Below, one piece after another: positions 1 to 9,683 of a DNA stretch of 64,000 bases. The stretch is from Leptonemataceae bacterium. Lineage in GTDB: Bacteria > Spirochaetota > Leptospiria > Leptospirales > Leptonemataceae. The stretch spans positions 5,696,001-5,760,000 of the forward strand of contig OZ245742.1 in NCBI GenBank assembly GCA_965227295.1, in the 5' to 3' direction. The notes beneath the pieces are model-generated. The model saw only the letters and a list, made by a program, of their open reading frames with translations, was not told the origin of the DNA and did no database searches. The number at the start of each line of letters is the position of its first letter. Within the stretch, counting starts at the first letter, position 1. The position numbers were made by a program, and so were the translations under genes.

Positions 1-1178
1 CGAAACTCCCGGCGACGGACGACGCGGCCTTCGCCTGCATCGCCTCGGCGGCGGCCGAACGCTTACATTCTCCTGAAACGCAGTTAAAATTCGAGGTAAA
101 GGCCTCGCCGAAACGCGACGTCGCCGGCGCCGAAGAAAAGCTCAGCCCCGGCGAACGCGATCACGCCGGCGCCCTGCGGGACGTGGCGGAGTTCTTCGCG
201 CGCCACGACGTCTTCGCATCGGAACGACGCCTGGCCGTGGGGCATCGCATCGTGCACGGCGGGCCCACGATTACGAAACCGGCGCGCCTGGATGCGGCGA
301 CGTTGCAAACCATTGAAGCCTGCGCCGAGTTCGCGCCGCTGCACAATCCACCGAACCTGGCCGGCGTACGCGCGGCGCGGGAAATCTTCGGCGAACTGAA
401 CGGCGCCCACGTCGGCGTCTTCGATACGGCCTTCCACGCGACCATGCCGGCGTTCGCCTACACGTACGCTTTACCGCAAGAGATGGCCGAACGCCACGGC
501 TTGCGGCGCTTCGGTTTTCACGGCACGTCTCACGAGTACGTCGGCCGCAAGGCGGCGGAACTTCTTAAGAAGCCTTTCGATGAAGTTAAGGTCATCACGC
601 TGCATCTGGGCAACGGCGCCTCGGCCTGCGCCATCCAACACGGCCGATCCGTGGATACGTCCATGGGTTTCACGCCCCTCGAAGGCCTCGCCATGGGCAC
701 GCGCTGCGGCGACCTCGACCCCGCGATCGTGCCGGTGTTGATGGAAAAAGAAAACCTCGATACCGACGCGGTGGATCTGCTTTTGAACAAACAGAGCGGA
801 CTCAAGGGCCTTGCCGGCGTAAACGACATGCGCGATCTGCTGCAACGCGCAAATGCCGGCGACGAGTCGGCCGAACTCGCCGTGGACGTGTTTTGTTATC
901 GCATTCGCAAGTACGTCGGCGCGTATCTCGCGACGCTCGACGGCGCCGATGCGATCGTGTTCACCGCGGGCATCGGCGAAAACGCCGCGGAGATTCGCCG
1001 ACGCGTGATGTCGGATTTCGAGTATGCCGGGATCTTTCTGGACGAGGGGCGCAACAACGATCCGCGGAAGTTCGGCGGCACGGTTTCGCCGGAACATTCG
1101 AAGACGCTCGTGGCCGTGATTCCCACGGATGAGGAGTTGATGATTGCGAAGAGTGCGGCGGGTGTTGTGGGGGAATAA
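1..1178 (+). CDS. ackA: acetate kinase (5' end outside window)
   Basis: Motifs GHRIVHGG, APLHNP, FDTAFH, GFHGTSH, HLGNGAS, DTSMGFTPLEGL, FTAGIGEN, IPTDEE; frame is open back to position 3. Confidence 0.95.
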   Translation, partial: KLPATDDAAFACIASAAAERLHSPETQLKFEVKASPKRDVAGAEEKLSPGERDHAGALRDVAEFFARHDVFASERRLAVGHRIVHGGPTITKPARLDAATLQTIEACAEFAPLHNPPNLAGVRAAREIFGELNGAHVGVFDTAFHATMPAFAYTYALPQEMAERHGLRRFGFHGTSHEYVGRKAAELLKKPFDEVKVITLHLGNGASACAIQHGRSVDTSMGFTPLEGLAMGTRCGDLDPAIVPVLMEKENLDTDAVDLLLNKQSGLKGLAGVNDMRDLLQRANAGDESAELAVDVFCYRIRKYVGAYLATLDGADAIVFTAGIGENAAEIRRRVMSDFEYAGIFLDEGRNNDPRKFGGTVSPEHSKTLVAVIPTDEELMIAKSAAGVVGE

Positions 1179-1361
1179 TGCACCCGGGTTTTATTCGAAA
1201 AAGAGAGGATCATTCATTCTTTCCGCTTGATTCGAAGTGGTTCCGGGAGGCCAAAATGCTTCGCCCCTGTATTATGGCCATCTGAAGAGTCGTAGAACGA
1301 GAACCTTCGTGAAAATTTGTAGCTAAGGATCCTGTGGAACTCACATCGACGCTCCCACTAA

Positions 1362-2760
1362 CAGGCTGCTGAAAAAGTCATGCGAAAGCGGAATCTGTGA
1401 AATTCATTTGGGCGTTGCGCCCGGCCGGCGCCAACAAGGCCCCGCTGGACGGGGCCGCTGTTCGCTCCTTCCCCTCTGAAGCCGGCCGGGCGCCGGGCTG
1501 CTCCGGGCTCCGCGTTCGCTTCGGTCCTCCGTGCTTCGCACTTCGGACTGCCGCTGCGCGGCACCCTGCACATCCCTAACGCTTGTATTTCGCAAGTTAG
1601 CATTCGCGATCATGTTGCTGCCTCTTGTAGGTTTCTGATTCGCAGCAAGTTGTAGACGGCAACAGCGAAGCGGAAAATCCACCCGACACGATCCGGACCA
1701 CGGAAGCGCATCTTTCGGCAGACCCCTATCGACTTCAACCAGCCAAAAATTTCTTCGACGGCTTTGCGACGACGTTGACTTCTTGCATAGGCGGGGCTCC
1801 GGGCGGTTCGATAATCGACGGCGCTGGAGCGGCTCTTCTGTGCGATGTGCGGCACAATCCGGTTCGCTTTAAGTTCTTCTACGAAAGCTTTAGTATCGTA
1901 GCCTTTGTCGGCGCCCAGAGTTACGCGGGGCCGATGATTGCTTCGGCGTAGTTCCTTCATGAAGATGGCTGCCGCATCGCGTTCCGCCGTTCCGGTTGCG
2001 CGAGTCACGCCGGCCATCACAGCGAGGCAGTTACGGTTTTCCATAAGGACATGCCCTATGTAAACCAGCCGGGCCTCTTTGCCGTTGCCTTTGCGGAATA
2101 GCTTCGCATCTGGATCGGTCGTGGATTCATGTGTATCGTTGCGGCGCTTTTCGCCGTGAAAGCTCACGAACGGATTGCCCGGATCATCATCCGAGGGGGA
2201 TTGCCGACCGTCTTTTTTCTGGAAGCTCTTCAGGCTCGCCGCAGCCTCCAGCAACGTGGCATCCACGGTGAAATGTTCTTCGCTGATCAGCCCGCGATCA
2301 TCCGCCACTTCCAGCACGCCACGAAAGAATTCGTCGGCGATACCGCCTTCCATCAGACGATCACGATTCTTTGAAAAGACGCTCGCATCCCAGACGGGAT
2401 CGTCGGCGCTCAACCCGATGAACCAGCGATAGAGCAGATTGTAGTTCGTTTGCTCCATCAACTGACGTTCGCTGCGGACGCTGAACAACACTTGCAGCAA
2501 CAGAGCGCGCAACAGGTACTCCGGCGGAATCGAGGGCCACCCGAAAGCCGGATACATTTCATCAAATCGATCGCTAAGATTCGCGAGGACCGCATCCGTC
2601 AACTTGCGAATGTCACGCAACGGATGGTTGGCCGGAATCCGGTCCTCCATCGAAACGTGACTCCAGATACTCGGTTGCTTTTCTTCTTCGCCGCGCATGC
2701 GACGAAATCTGAACGGGTACCGCAAAATCGCCAGGAGATTTCGACTTTTTCAGCAGCCTG
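1362..2760 (-). mobile_element. IS5-family insertion sequence, 1399 bp
   Basis: Perfect 18-bp terminal IRs CAGGCTGCTGAAAAAGTC (1362-1379) and GACTTTTTCAGCAGCCTG (2743-2760); CTAA duplicated at 1358-1361 and 2761-2764, matching the IS5 YTAR target. Confidence 0.95.
1610..2698 (-). CDS. IS5-family DDE transposase
   Basis: SERQLMEQ..YNLLYRWF, VDATL, TTDPDA, LGADKGYD, R..VEEIFGWLK; likely start MRGEEEKQ at 2698. Confidence 0.93.
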   Translation of the reverse strand: MRGEEEKQPSIWSHVSMEDRIPANHPLRDIRKLTDAVLANLSDRFDEMYPAFGWPSIPPEYLLRALLLQVLFSVRSERQLMEQTNYNLLYRWFIGLSADDPVWDASVFSKNRDRLMEGGIADEFFRGVLEVADDRGLISEEHFTVDATLLEAAASLKSFQKKDGRQSPSDDDPGNPFVSFHGEKRRNDTHESTTDPDAKLFRKGNGKEARLVYIGHVLMENRNCLAVMAGVTRATGTAERDAAAIFMKELRRSNHRPRVTLGADKGYDTKAFVEELKANRIVPHIAQKSRSSAVDYRTARSPAYARSQRRRKAVEEIFGWLKSIGVCRKMRFRGPDRVGWIFRFAVAVYNLLRIRNLQEAAT

Positions 2761-2777
2761 CTAAAAATTGGATTCTC

Positions 2778-3329
2778 TCAAATCTCCGCTAACATCACAG
2801 TCTTTCCAAACACCGCCAGCCCATCGGCAAACCCCTGCTCGCGTGTCTTCGCATAACCGTCGCTTAGCGGCTCTTCGAATATCTCCACGCGCCTTCCGTC
2901 CAAATCCACAATCCAGTAGACCGGCACGCCGGCCGCGGCGTAGATCGTAGCTTTCGCCCGATCAAACTCAAGCGACGACCGCGCCACTTCGACCACCAGT
3001 TCCGCCGTCGCGGGGTTGCGTTCGCGATACGAGGCCAGGGGCCCCTTCACGATCATGAGATCCGGCTCGACGTCCGAGTTCGCGTGCGTCAGGGTTTTCT
3101 CGGTCATGATCAACAGACCGTCCGGAAGAATAGTGCGCAACTGTTCATAGAGCGCGCCGACGAAGTAGTTATGAGCAGGGCTTTTGGTCATTTTGTCGAC
3201 GATGGCTCCATCGATGAGTTCGGTCCGCTCCGAGACGGCCCCGGCTTCCAGCATGCGATGATAGTCGGCCAGCGTGATAAACGTGGCCCGCTGACGGATG
3301 GCGGGATTGTTCAAAAGCGGAGACATCAC
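2778..3329 (-). CDS. Uma2 (DUF820) family endonuclease-like protein
   Basis: ELIDG, EPDLMIV, LVVEVA.SSL..DR.K...YA.AGVPVYWIVDL. Confidence 0.9.
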   Translation of the reverse strand: MMSPLLNNPAIRQRATFITLADYHRMLEAGAVSERTELIDGAIVDKMTKSPAHNYFVGALYEQLRTILPDGLLIMTEKTLTHANSDVEPDLMIVKGPLASYRERNPATAELVVEVARSSLEFDRAKATIYAAAGVPVYWIVDLDGRRVEIFEEPLSDGYAKTREQGFADGLAVFGKTVMLAEI

Positions 3330-3432
3330 GCCGAAAATCTACTACGGCACCTGCGCCTGTCAATTCCAAACTCCACCGCAGCCCAGCTCCGGAACTTGAT
3401 TGACACGCCCCTCCCTGGAACGACGATCCCTC

Positions 3433-4620
3433 ATGCTCCGCGCATCGGCCTCGCTCCCCCTCCTCTGCCTGGTGATGACACTCATCGCCTGCAATCCTGA
3501 TCCGAACATCGAACGCGAGTCCACGTACCACTCGCCCGTGTTTGCGGTGGACGGAGTCTACAAATCCATGCAGGGTCCCATCGGCTCGGTGGAGTTTGAT
3601 GTGGGCGCCGGGGCGGAACTCCAGCGCGGCCCGGAACTCGTATGGTTGCGCGGCTTTCGCAGTGTCGTCGTCGACGAACGTGCCGAAAAACAACTGCCGC
3701 AGTACTTCATGTGCCATACGAATCTCGTCTACCGCGGCCTGGCCGCGCATCGGAAAATCTTCGGCGGCGGCAGCCCCACATCCCAGGTGGCCAGAGAAAA
3801 GATTTTTACGATCTCCCAGGGCGAAGAACACGTGCGGTTCCCCGAGGGCTTCGGCATTCCCGTCGTCAGCAATCTGCCCGGCCGGAGCTTCGGCGTATAC
3901 AACCAAATGCTCAACGTGAATCACACGGATGCCCGGCCGAATCGCAAAGATAACATTAAGTTACGTTACCAGAACACGGTCTATTACGTGCGCGAGTCCG
4001 AGCGCCGCCGCCCCGTCAAACCGCTCTACCAGGCCCTGGGACAGATCATGGTCGCGCTGAACACGGACAACGCGGTCTACAACATGCCCGTGCCCACCGG
4101 CGTCCACGCCCGGGCAAGCTGCGGCAACGGCAAGGCCGCGTCTCCGCTGCGCTTCACCGACGACTACGGCCAGGAGTTTTCGTACCACTGGAAACTTCCT
4201 CCCGGTCGCGAGGTCCGCAGCACGGTCATAAGCGGCAGCATGCTGAACCTGAAGTACGATACGACGATTCACTACATCATGGCGCACATGCACCCGTACG
4301 GCGAGTCCCTGGCATTGAAGGATCTCACCGAGGACCGCATCATTTTCGAAAGCAAGATGACGGGTTACGCGGATCACATCGGCCTGGAAAAGGTCGAACA
4401 CTACGAGAGCGCCGAGGGCATTCCCGTGTACAGGGACCACAAGTACGCGCTCATCAGCACTTACAACAACACCACGAACGAGACCCACGACGCCATGGCC
4501 ATCATGTACTTCTTCCTGCACGACAAAGACTTCGCCATGCCGGCGAAGGCACAGCTCGAGGCCGCGCGTACCTTTCCACCGCCCCAGGACGGCAATGCCC
4601 ACGCCCACGGGAGCATGTAA
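3433..4620 (+). CDS. lipoprotein with copper type II (PHM/DBH-like) monooxygenase C-terminal domain
   Basis: Lipobox-like LIAC; AHMHPYG and YNN...HDAM motifs resembling the CuM site. Confidence 0.6.
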   Translation: MLRASASLPLLCLVMTLIACNPDPNIERESTYHSPVFAVDGVYKSMQGPIGSVEFDVGAGAELQRGPELVWLRGFRSVVVDERAEKQLPQYFMCHTNLVYRGLAAHRKIFGGGSPTSQVAREKIFTISQGEEHVRFPEGFGIPVVSNLPGRSFGVYNQMLNVNHTDARPNRKDNIKLRYQNTVYYVRESERRRPVKPLYQALGQIMVALNTDNAVYNMPVPTGVHARASCGNGKAASPLRFTDDYGQEFSYHWKLPPGREVRSTVISGSMLNLKYDTTIHYIMAHMHPYGESLALKDLTEDRIIFESKMTGYADHIGLEKVEHYESAEGIPVYRDHKYALISTYNNTTNETHDAMAIMYFFLHDKDFAMPAKAQLEAARTFPPPQDGNAHAHGSM

Positions 4621-4621
4621 C

Positions 4622-5977
4622 ATGATAGGCCGGATCATTTTCATCTCCACCCTGGCGCTCGTGTGCGCAGGCCCGGTAGCGGCCGAAAGCACCACGCTGT
4701 CCATCCTCTACTTTCAAAACACGCGCGGGGAAAAACAACACGACTGGCTGCGCAAGGGCATCACGGACATGCTCATCGGCGACGCGGCCCGCTCACCGGC
4801 GCTCAAAGTAGTGGAACGTGAGGATCTACAAAACGTGCTGAAAGAACAGGCCCTGGCCCAGTCGGGCATCCTGGAAGACGGCCAGGCCCTGGAGCTGGGA
4901 AGATTGCTGCGCGCTAAACTGATTGTCAGTGGAAGTTACATCGTCTCCGGCGGTGTGCTGCGCATCGAAGCGAAGCTCACGGATGTGCAGAGCGGTACGG
5001 TCCGGGACACGGCGCGGGCCGAGGGCAAACTCGCCGACGTCTTCGTCGTGCAACGCCGCCTCGCCGTGGATCTCTTTCGCGCGCTGAAGATCGAGGCGCC
5101 GCCCGGGCTCGGCCCCGCAACCGATCCGCCCACCGAATCCATAGAGGCCGTCGAGAATTACTACCAGGGCCTGGATCTGTTCGATCAGGGCGAGGTCGAG
5201 GCCGCAAAAGACAAATTCGAACAGGCGAGTCGCCTGGATCCGGTCTACGACAAACCGGCCGGAGCCTTAGAAAACGCCTACAAACTGTTAAGCGATCTGG
5301 GTCGCCTCCGCCGGCAGCGGGATTTGCGTAAATTTACGGATCGCATTACGCAACTGCGGCGGCGCCGTAGCGAACAGCCCTTCGTCAGCGCGAGCGACTT
5401 CGCCAAAGAAACCTACGCGCGCGAGGATCTTTCCATCGAAGAAAAGCAGCGCCTGGTTCAAGAACGGTTGCCGCATTTAAATCTTTGCGCGAGTCCGACC
5501 GACTGCGCGGAGAAGCAGTTGCAAACCATGCTGCAGCTCGGCGGTTTTTTCCAGCGCGACATGGAGGATCCGGACACCGCGCACGGCATCTACGAACGCG
5601 TCGTGAGCGGTGCGCGCGCGGCCGCCGGGCGCGCGGCAAAGGACGATCCCCTGCGACCGAAGATCCTGGTCCGCCGGTTGGAGGCCTACGAAAAGCTGGA
5701 GCAGTACGAACAGCAAGAGCAGGTCGTGGCATTGATCGTCCGGGACCACGCCGATTTCCAGGACCTGGGTTACGTCGAGCGCCTGCAACAGCGCGGCCTG
5801 GAACGCCTCGAAGACATTCGCGAACGCTTCGAAGAGATGGCCGAGGAACTCCAGGAGCAGGACTACCGGGGCCTCGACCTTAAGGCCCAACTCTTTTTAG
5901 GATTTTATAAGTACCGGCCGGAACGCGAGCGCGCGCAGAAGTACCGCGAGCTGGCGGCGCAAGAACTCGGGAAGTAG
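4622..5977 (+). CDS. exported CsgG/FlgO-like domain protein with TPR/helical region
   Basis: Signal peptide; VVEREDLQNVLKEQAL..SG, LG.LL.A..IVSGSY, RIEAKL.DV.SG; TPR-like YYQGLDLFDQG...ASRLDP. Confidence 0.7.
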   Translation: MIGRIIFISTLALVCAGPVAAESTTLSILYFQNTRGEKQHDWLRKGITDMLIGDAARSPALKVVEREDLQNVLKEQALAQSGILEDGQALELGRLLRAKLIVSGSYIVSGGVLRIEAKLTDVQSGTVRDTARAEGKLADVFVVQRRLAVDLFRALKIEAPPGLGPATDPPTESIEAVENYYQGLDLFDQGEVEAAKDKFEQASRLDPVYDKPAGALENAYKLLSDLGRLRRQRDLRKFTDRITQLRRRRSEQPFVSASDFAKETYAREDLSIEEKQRLVQERLPHLNLCASPTDCAEKQLQTMLQLGGFFQRDMEDPDTAHGIYERVVSGARAAAGRAAKDDPLRPKILVRRLEAYEKLEQYEQQEQVVALIVRDHADFQDLGYVERLQQRGLERLEDIRERFEEMAEELQEQDYRGLDLKAQLFLGFYKYRPERERAQKYRELAAQELGK

Positions 5978-5988
5978 ATCCGCACGGA

Positions 5989-6405
5989 ATGCGTTACCAT
6001 CGTTACTTCGCCTACACCGTCGCGGCGATCTACGGCCTGGCCGCCGTCGTCGAACTCGTACTGCTCGCTTCGATCTACGTACCGCGGTTCGGCGTCGTAA
6101 CCCCGCAGCATCTGCGTCTGTTGATTCTCGTCGGCCTCGGCCTGGCCGTGCCCGCGTTTTTTACCGGCGGCGCCTTCATCGGCAACACGCCGGACGATCC
6201 GCGCATCTTAAAAAAACTCGGCGACCACACGCTCTTGATTACGCTGGGTCTCTTAGTGTACGGCGGCCTGTTGTTAGTGATCGATCTGGAACTCGCGACC
6301 GTTCTGCGTACGGCGACGCACGCCTGCGCGGCCATCGTCCTGATCTTCGGCGTGCGCGCAGGACGGCGCCTCGCCCGGCGACCGCTGTGGTCCCGGCGCC
6401 GTTGA
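5989..6405 (+). CDS. hypothetical membrane protein (about 4 TM)
   Basis: Four hydrophobic stretches; follows the previous gene closely. Confidence 0.65.
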   Translation: MRYHRYFAYTVAAIYGLAAVVELVLLASIYVPRFGVVTPQHLRLLILVGLGLAVPAFFTGGAFIGNTPDDPRILKKLGDHTLLITLGLLVYGGLLLVIDLELATVLRTATHACAAIVLIFGVRAGRRLARRPLWSRRR

Positions 6406-6420
6406 ATCCGGACATAAAGC

Positions 6421-6918
6421 TCAGCCGCGCTCCCGTTTCCGCCGGTGAAACCAGGAGTCCTTCATCACCCCGCGTTCGCGAAAGATGTCGCACAGCCGTT
6501 CCCACTCTTCGTCCGGGAACGGCGGCGAGGCGATGGTAAAACGACGGCCGTCTTTCAGGCTGAGCTTCAACGCCTCACGCAGGCGATTCTTCGTGGTGCG
6601 CGCAAGCGTAACTTCTTCGAAGCGAACGCTGCGTGTTTCTCCGCCGAACCGCGGTTCCAACAGCAGGCGCTCGGTTTCCACGCGGACCTCGGACCAGCGG
6701 CCGGATTCCAGGACGACAATCACCGCGGTGACGACCAGGATTATCACGCCGATCACGAAGCTTTCTTCACTGAAGAACGATTCCAGCATGCCGTCGCGTT
6801 CTTCCGGATGGCAGCCGTAGACCCAGGCCAGCATCAGAACCAACACCAGAAGCACGCCGAGCAGCAGACGAACGAAGCGGGAGACCATCGACTCCACCTG
6901 CATGGTAAACGGGGACAT
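6421..6918 (-). CDS. hypothetical membrane protein (2 TM plus possible PH-like domain)
   Basis: Two hydrophobic segments followed by a beta-rich soluble domain; start uncertain. Confidence 0.55.
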   Translation of the reverse strand: MSPFTMQVESMVSRFVRLLLGVLLVLVLMLAWVYGCHPEERDGMLESFFSEESFVIGVIILVVTAVIVVLESGRWSEVRVETERLLLEPRFGGETRSVRFEEVTLARTTKNRLREALKLSLKDGRRFTIASPPFPDEEWERLCDIFRERGVMKDSWFHRRKRERG

Positions 6919-7002
6919 GCATCATAGAACCGCGGCCACGAATCATCGCAAGTGATTTCGAAATTTCCTTGAACGCCCCGGCCCGGCCCGGCGGATAGTC
7001 GC

Positions 7003-7794
7003 GTGCAGGAACGCGAACTCGACTGGTACGAAACGCCGCTCTACTACGACATCATCTTCGACACGGACACGCAGATCGAAGCCGACTTCCTGGAAGAAGC
7101 CTATCGCCGGTACGGCGCCGACGGAAAAAAGAGCCGCCGGTTGCTCGAACCCGCCTGCGGCAGCGGACGCCTGGTCCTGGAACTCGCCCGCCGCGGCTGG
7201 AAGGTCACGGGCCTGGATCTTTCCGACGGCATGCTCCGCTTCGCCCGGAGGCGACTCAAGCAAGCCGGCGTTTCGGCAAACCTCAAAAAAGCGGACATGG
7301 CGAACTTCGACTTTCCCGCGGCGAACTCCTTCGATCTGGCGCACAACCTCGTAAGTTCGTTTAAGTATTTGTTAACGGAAGATGACGCGCGTTCGCATCT
7401 CCAATGCGTGGCGCGGGCCCTGCGTCCCGGCGGGCTCTACGTCCTGGGCCTGCATCTCTCCGACTACGACGATCGGGACGTCGGCCGGGAACGCTGGAAG
7501 GGCGAACGCGACGGCGTCTTTGTGGACTGCGTGATTGAAGGCGATCCGCCGAACCGACGGCGCCGCCGGGAGACGGTCCGTTCGATCTTAACGATCCGCG
7601 AAAACGGAGAACGCTTTCGCGCGCGCACGGAATGGACCTTTCGCACGTACGACGACCGCCAGCTCGCGAAGCTGCTCCGCAGCGTGCCGGAGTTCGAAGT
7701 CGCGGCGATCTTCGATTTTCACTATCGCTTCGACCGCCCGCATACGCTCGACGACGATCAACTGGATACGTTGTTGATCTTACGGAAGTTGTAA
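7003..7794 (+). CDS. class I SAM-dependent methyltransferase
   Basis: LLEPACGSGR, GLDLSDGML, ADM, ALRPGGLYVL. Confidence 0.9.
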   Translation: MQERELDWYETPLYYDIIFDTDTQIEADFLEEAYRRYGADGKKSRRLLEPACGSGRLVLELARRGWKVTGLDLSDGMLRFARRRLKQAGVSANLKKADMANFDFPAANSFDLAHNLVSSFKYLLTEDDARSHLQCVARALRPGGLYVLGLHLSDYDDRDVGRERWKGERDGVFVDCVIEGDPPNRRRRRETVRSILTIRENGERFRARTEWTFRTYDDRQLAKLLRSVPEFEVAAIFDFHYRFDRPHTLDDDQLDTLLILRKL

Positions 7795-7880
7795 CGACGG
7801 CGAATCTTTGACGAGTTTTCCTGAATTTCAAGACTACAAGACTTAACCAAGATTCACTTTTCGACCCATCCCTTTTCTCG

Positions 7881-8123
7881 ATGACAGGCTTCGTCTTCGC
7901 CGGGCTTGCTGTTTTCTTTCTACGAAAGGATATGGCCGCGCCATATTTGCAAAATTACGCGCGCGGGCGGCGATGGCAACGGCGGGAGCCGCCACCTAAA
8001 GGTTATGAACAGGGCATGAACATCGCCGATGTGCAAGCGGCGCACGTTCGGGAAATTGACGCGGATCTTGCAGCAGCGTCGCCGGAAATGCTGCGGCTTT
8101 ACCGACAAAAGCAGGCGCAATGA
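7881..8123 (+). CDS. small hypothetical protein (possibly a gene remnant)
   Basis: Stop overlaps the next start (ATGA at 8120); no recognisable motif. Confidence 0.3.
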   Translation: MTGFVFAGLAVFFLRKDMAAPYLQNYARGRRWQRREPPPKGYEQGMNIADVQAAHVREIDADLAAASPEMLRLYRQKQAQ

Positions 8124-9427
8124 AAGATGTATGCACGCGAGTCGTGAGTGTCGGCATTGTTGCCGGGGTACTTTGCGGTGCGCCGGTCTTATGGGCTCAG
8201 CCTGCGCAAAAGGGATTCGTCGATGATGTGGGCGATGTCCTGGAAGGTTCCGCGAATCCGGCTCACTTGTTTGACGGCCCACTCGCAGATCTCATCCAGG
8301 CGGATCTTAACGCGGATATGAATTCGGCCATGTTTGACGGCATTGGCGAAATGATCGTTCTCAAGTACTTTACTGTCCAACCGACTTTTCGCAATCAATG
8401 CGGGTGTAGTCTAAAGGCCGCTCAGCCGCGTTCCGTGAATTTCTTTCGTCCGAATCGACCAGCTTTAGATTCCTATGCCCGTTACGAATCCCCCATCATA
8501 AACAGTTTCGGCGCGGACATTGACGATTCACCGAACCAATACAATAATGTCATGCTTGGCGATTCCATTACGGAACTTGCGGGAGATTTTACCATATACA
8601 CTCCAGGATATGGAATCGTAAATGCTGGAGTGGGCGGCGCTACATCGGAGGATCTGGCCGACTGGTTAGATTTTTGCGCATCTCAGAACCCCGCCCTATG
8701 GACTGGCAAGCCTCATGCACAGGCCGGATGTGGCGACGGTGTGGGGAACGGTGGTCGTTTCGCCTGCAATCCGCCGCCGGGTGCCGCTCCCGGGCAAATA
8801 CCCTTTGGCAGCGCATCGGCGCTATCCGCGCCGGAGAAATATCAAGGTTATGTCCAGTTTCAGAATCGGAATGTCTACATCATGATAGGCGGGAACGATT
8901 TTGCGATCAAACTATACAAGAGCCAAATGGAGACGCTACCGGCTTTGATTCCCTTCAGGCATTTGCACGTTGGGAATCAAATCAACAAAGCGATCACGTA
9001 CGTCCAGCATCAAGCTAATACCAGAGTCACCCTGGTAGGCTATCCTCCTTTCCCTTCATATTATCCGGGCTCTGAACTTGACAATCCGTACTTTAACTTA
9101 CTCGCAACCCTGAGCGGGCTAGGACTGTATCATCGCTTTGACGAGTGGTTCGAAAAATCCGGCCTTGGTTATTCAAATGTCAAAGTTGGATTTCGTGCGC
9201 AGGGCGACAGCTTTAAGCTTATCAACGGCGAGTGTGTAGACACAACGCCACCGCCGCCGCCCGTACATGTTCCGGTCATTGTAGAAAACGCTAACGCCGC
9301 ACCGACGGACCGACCTGATGCGGCTGTTACAAATCCGACATACGAACCACCGCCCGCCGCCGGGTTAACTGACACACATATGCTTTTAATCGCTTTGTGT
9401 TTTCTTACGGGAATCTGTGCGTTCTAA
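8120..9427 (+). CDS. secreted SGNH/GDSL-like hydrolase
   Basis: Signal peptide; block I LGDSITE, block II NAGVGG, block III MIGGND; Pro-rich linker and hydrophobic C-tail. Confidence 0.7.
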   Translation: MKDVCTRVVSVGIVAGVLCGAPVLWAQPAQKGFVDDVGDVLEGSANPAHLFDGPLADLIQADLNADMNSAMFDGIGEMIVLKYFTVQPTFRNQCGCSLKAAQPRSVNFFRPNRPALDSYARYESPIINSFGADIDDSPNQYNNVMLGDSITELAGDFTIYTPGYGIVNAGVGGATSEDLADWLDFCASQNPALWTGKPHAQAGCGDGVGNGGRFACNPPPGAAPGQIPFGSASALSAPEKYQGYVQFQNRNVYIMIGGNDFAIKLYKSQMETLPALIPFRHLHVGNQINKAITYVQHQANTRVTLVGYPPFPSYYPGSELDNPYFNLLATLSGLGLYHRFDEWFEKSGLGYSNVKVGFRAQGDSFKLINGECVDTTPPPPPVHVPVIVENANAAPTDRPDAAVTNPTYEPPPAAGLTDTHMLLIALCFLTGICAF

Positions 9428-9441
9428 AGCAGGAGTAAATC

Positions 9442-9642
9442 ATGCGGCACTTCTTTCTCATTATTGTGATCTTACTGGTTCTCTTCGCCAGGTGCGAAGA
9501 CAAGGACGAGTCATCGCCTGAAGACCGGGCTATCTTGTGCCTCGCTTCAGTTTTGCTGTGCGAGGACGAACCAGAAGAGCAAAAGGGAACCTGTCGAGCA
9601 AACAGAGCGCTCTTGTTTTGCATCGAAGGGGGCACACTATGA
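9442..9642 (+). CDS. small Cys-containing lipoprotein-like protein
   Basis: AGGAG RBS; hydrophobic N-terminus ending FARC; four further Cys. Confidence 0.55.
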   Translation: MRHFFLIIVILLVLFARCEDKDESSPEDRAILCLASVLLCEDEPEEQKGTCRANRALLFCIEGGTL

Positions 9643-9683
9643 ACAAAGCTGTCCTGGAAGAGATCCGCTTAGACACCGAAAAC

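Noticed and set aside
2778..3329. Uma2 protein as an eCIS effector or defence nuclease
   Set aside because: 7 kb from the operon, a very common stand-alone family, and no partner gene
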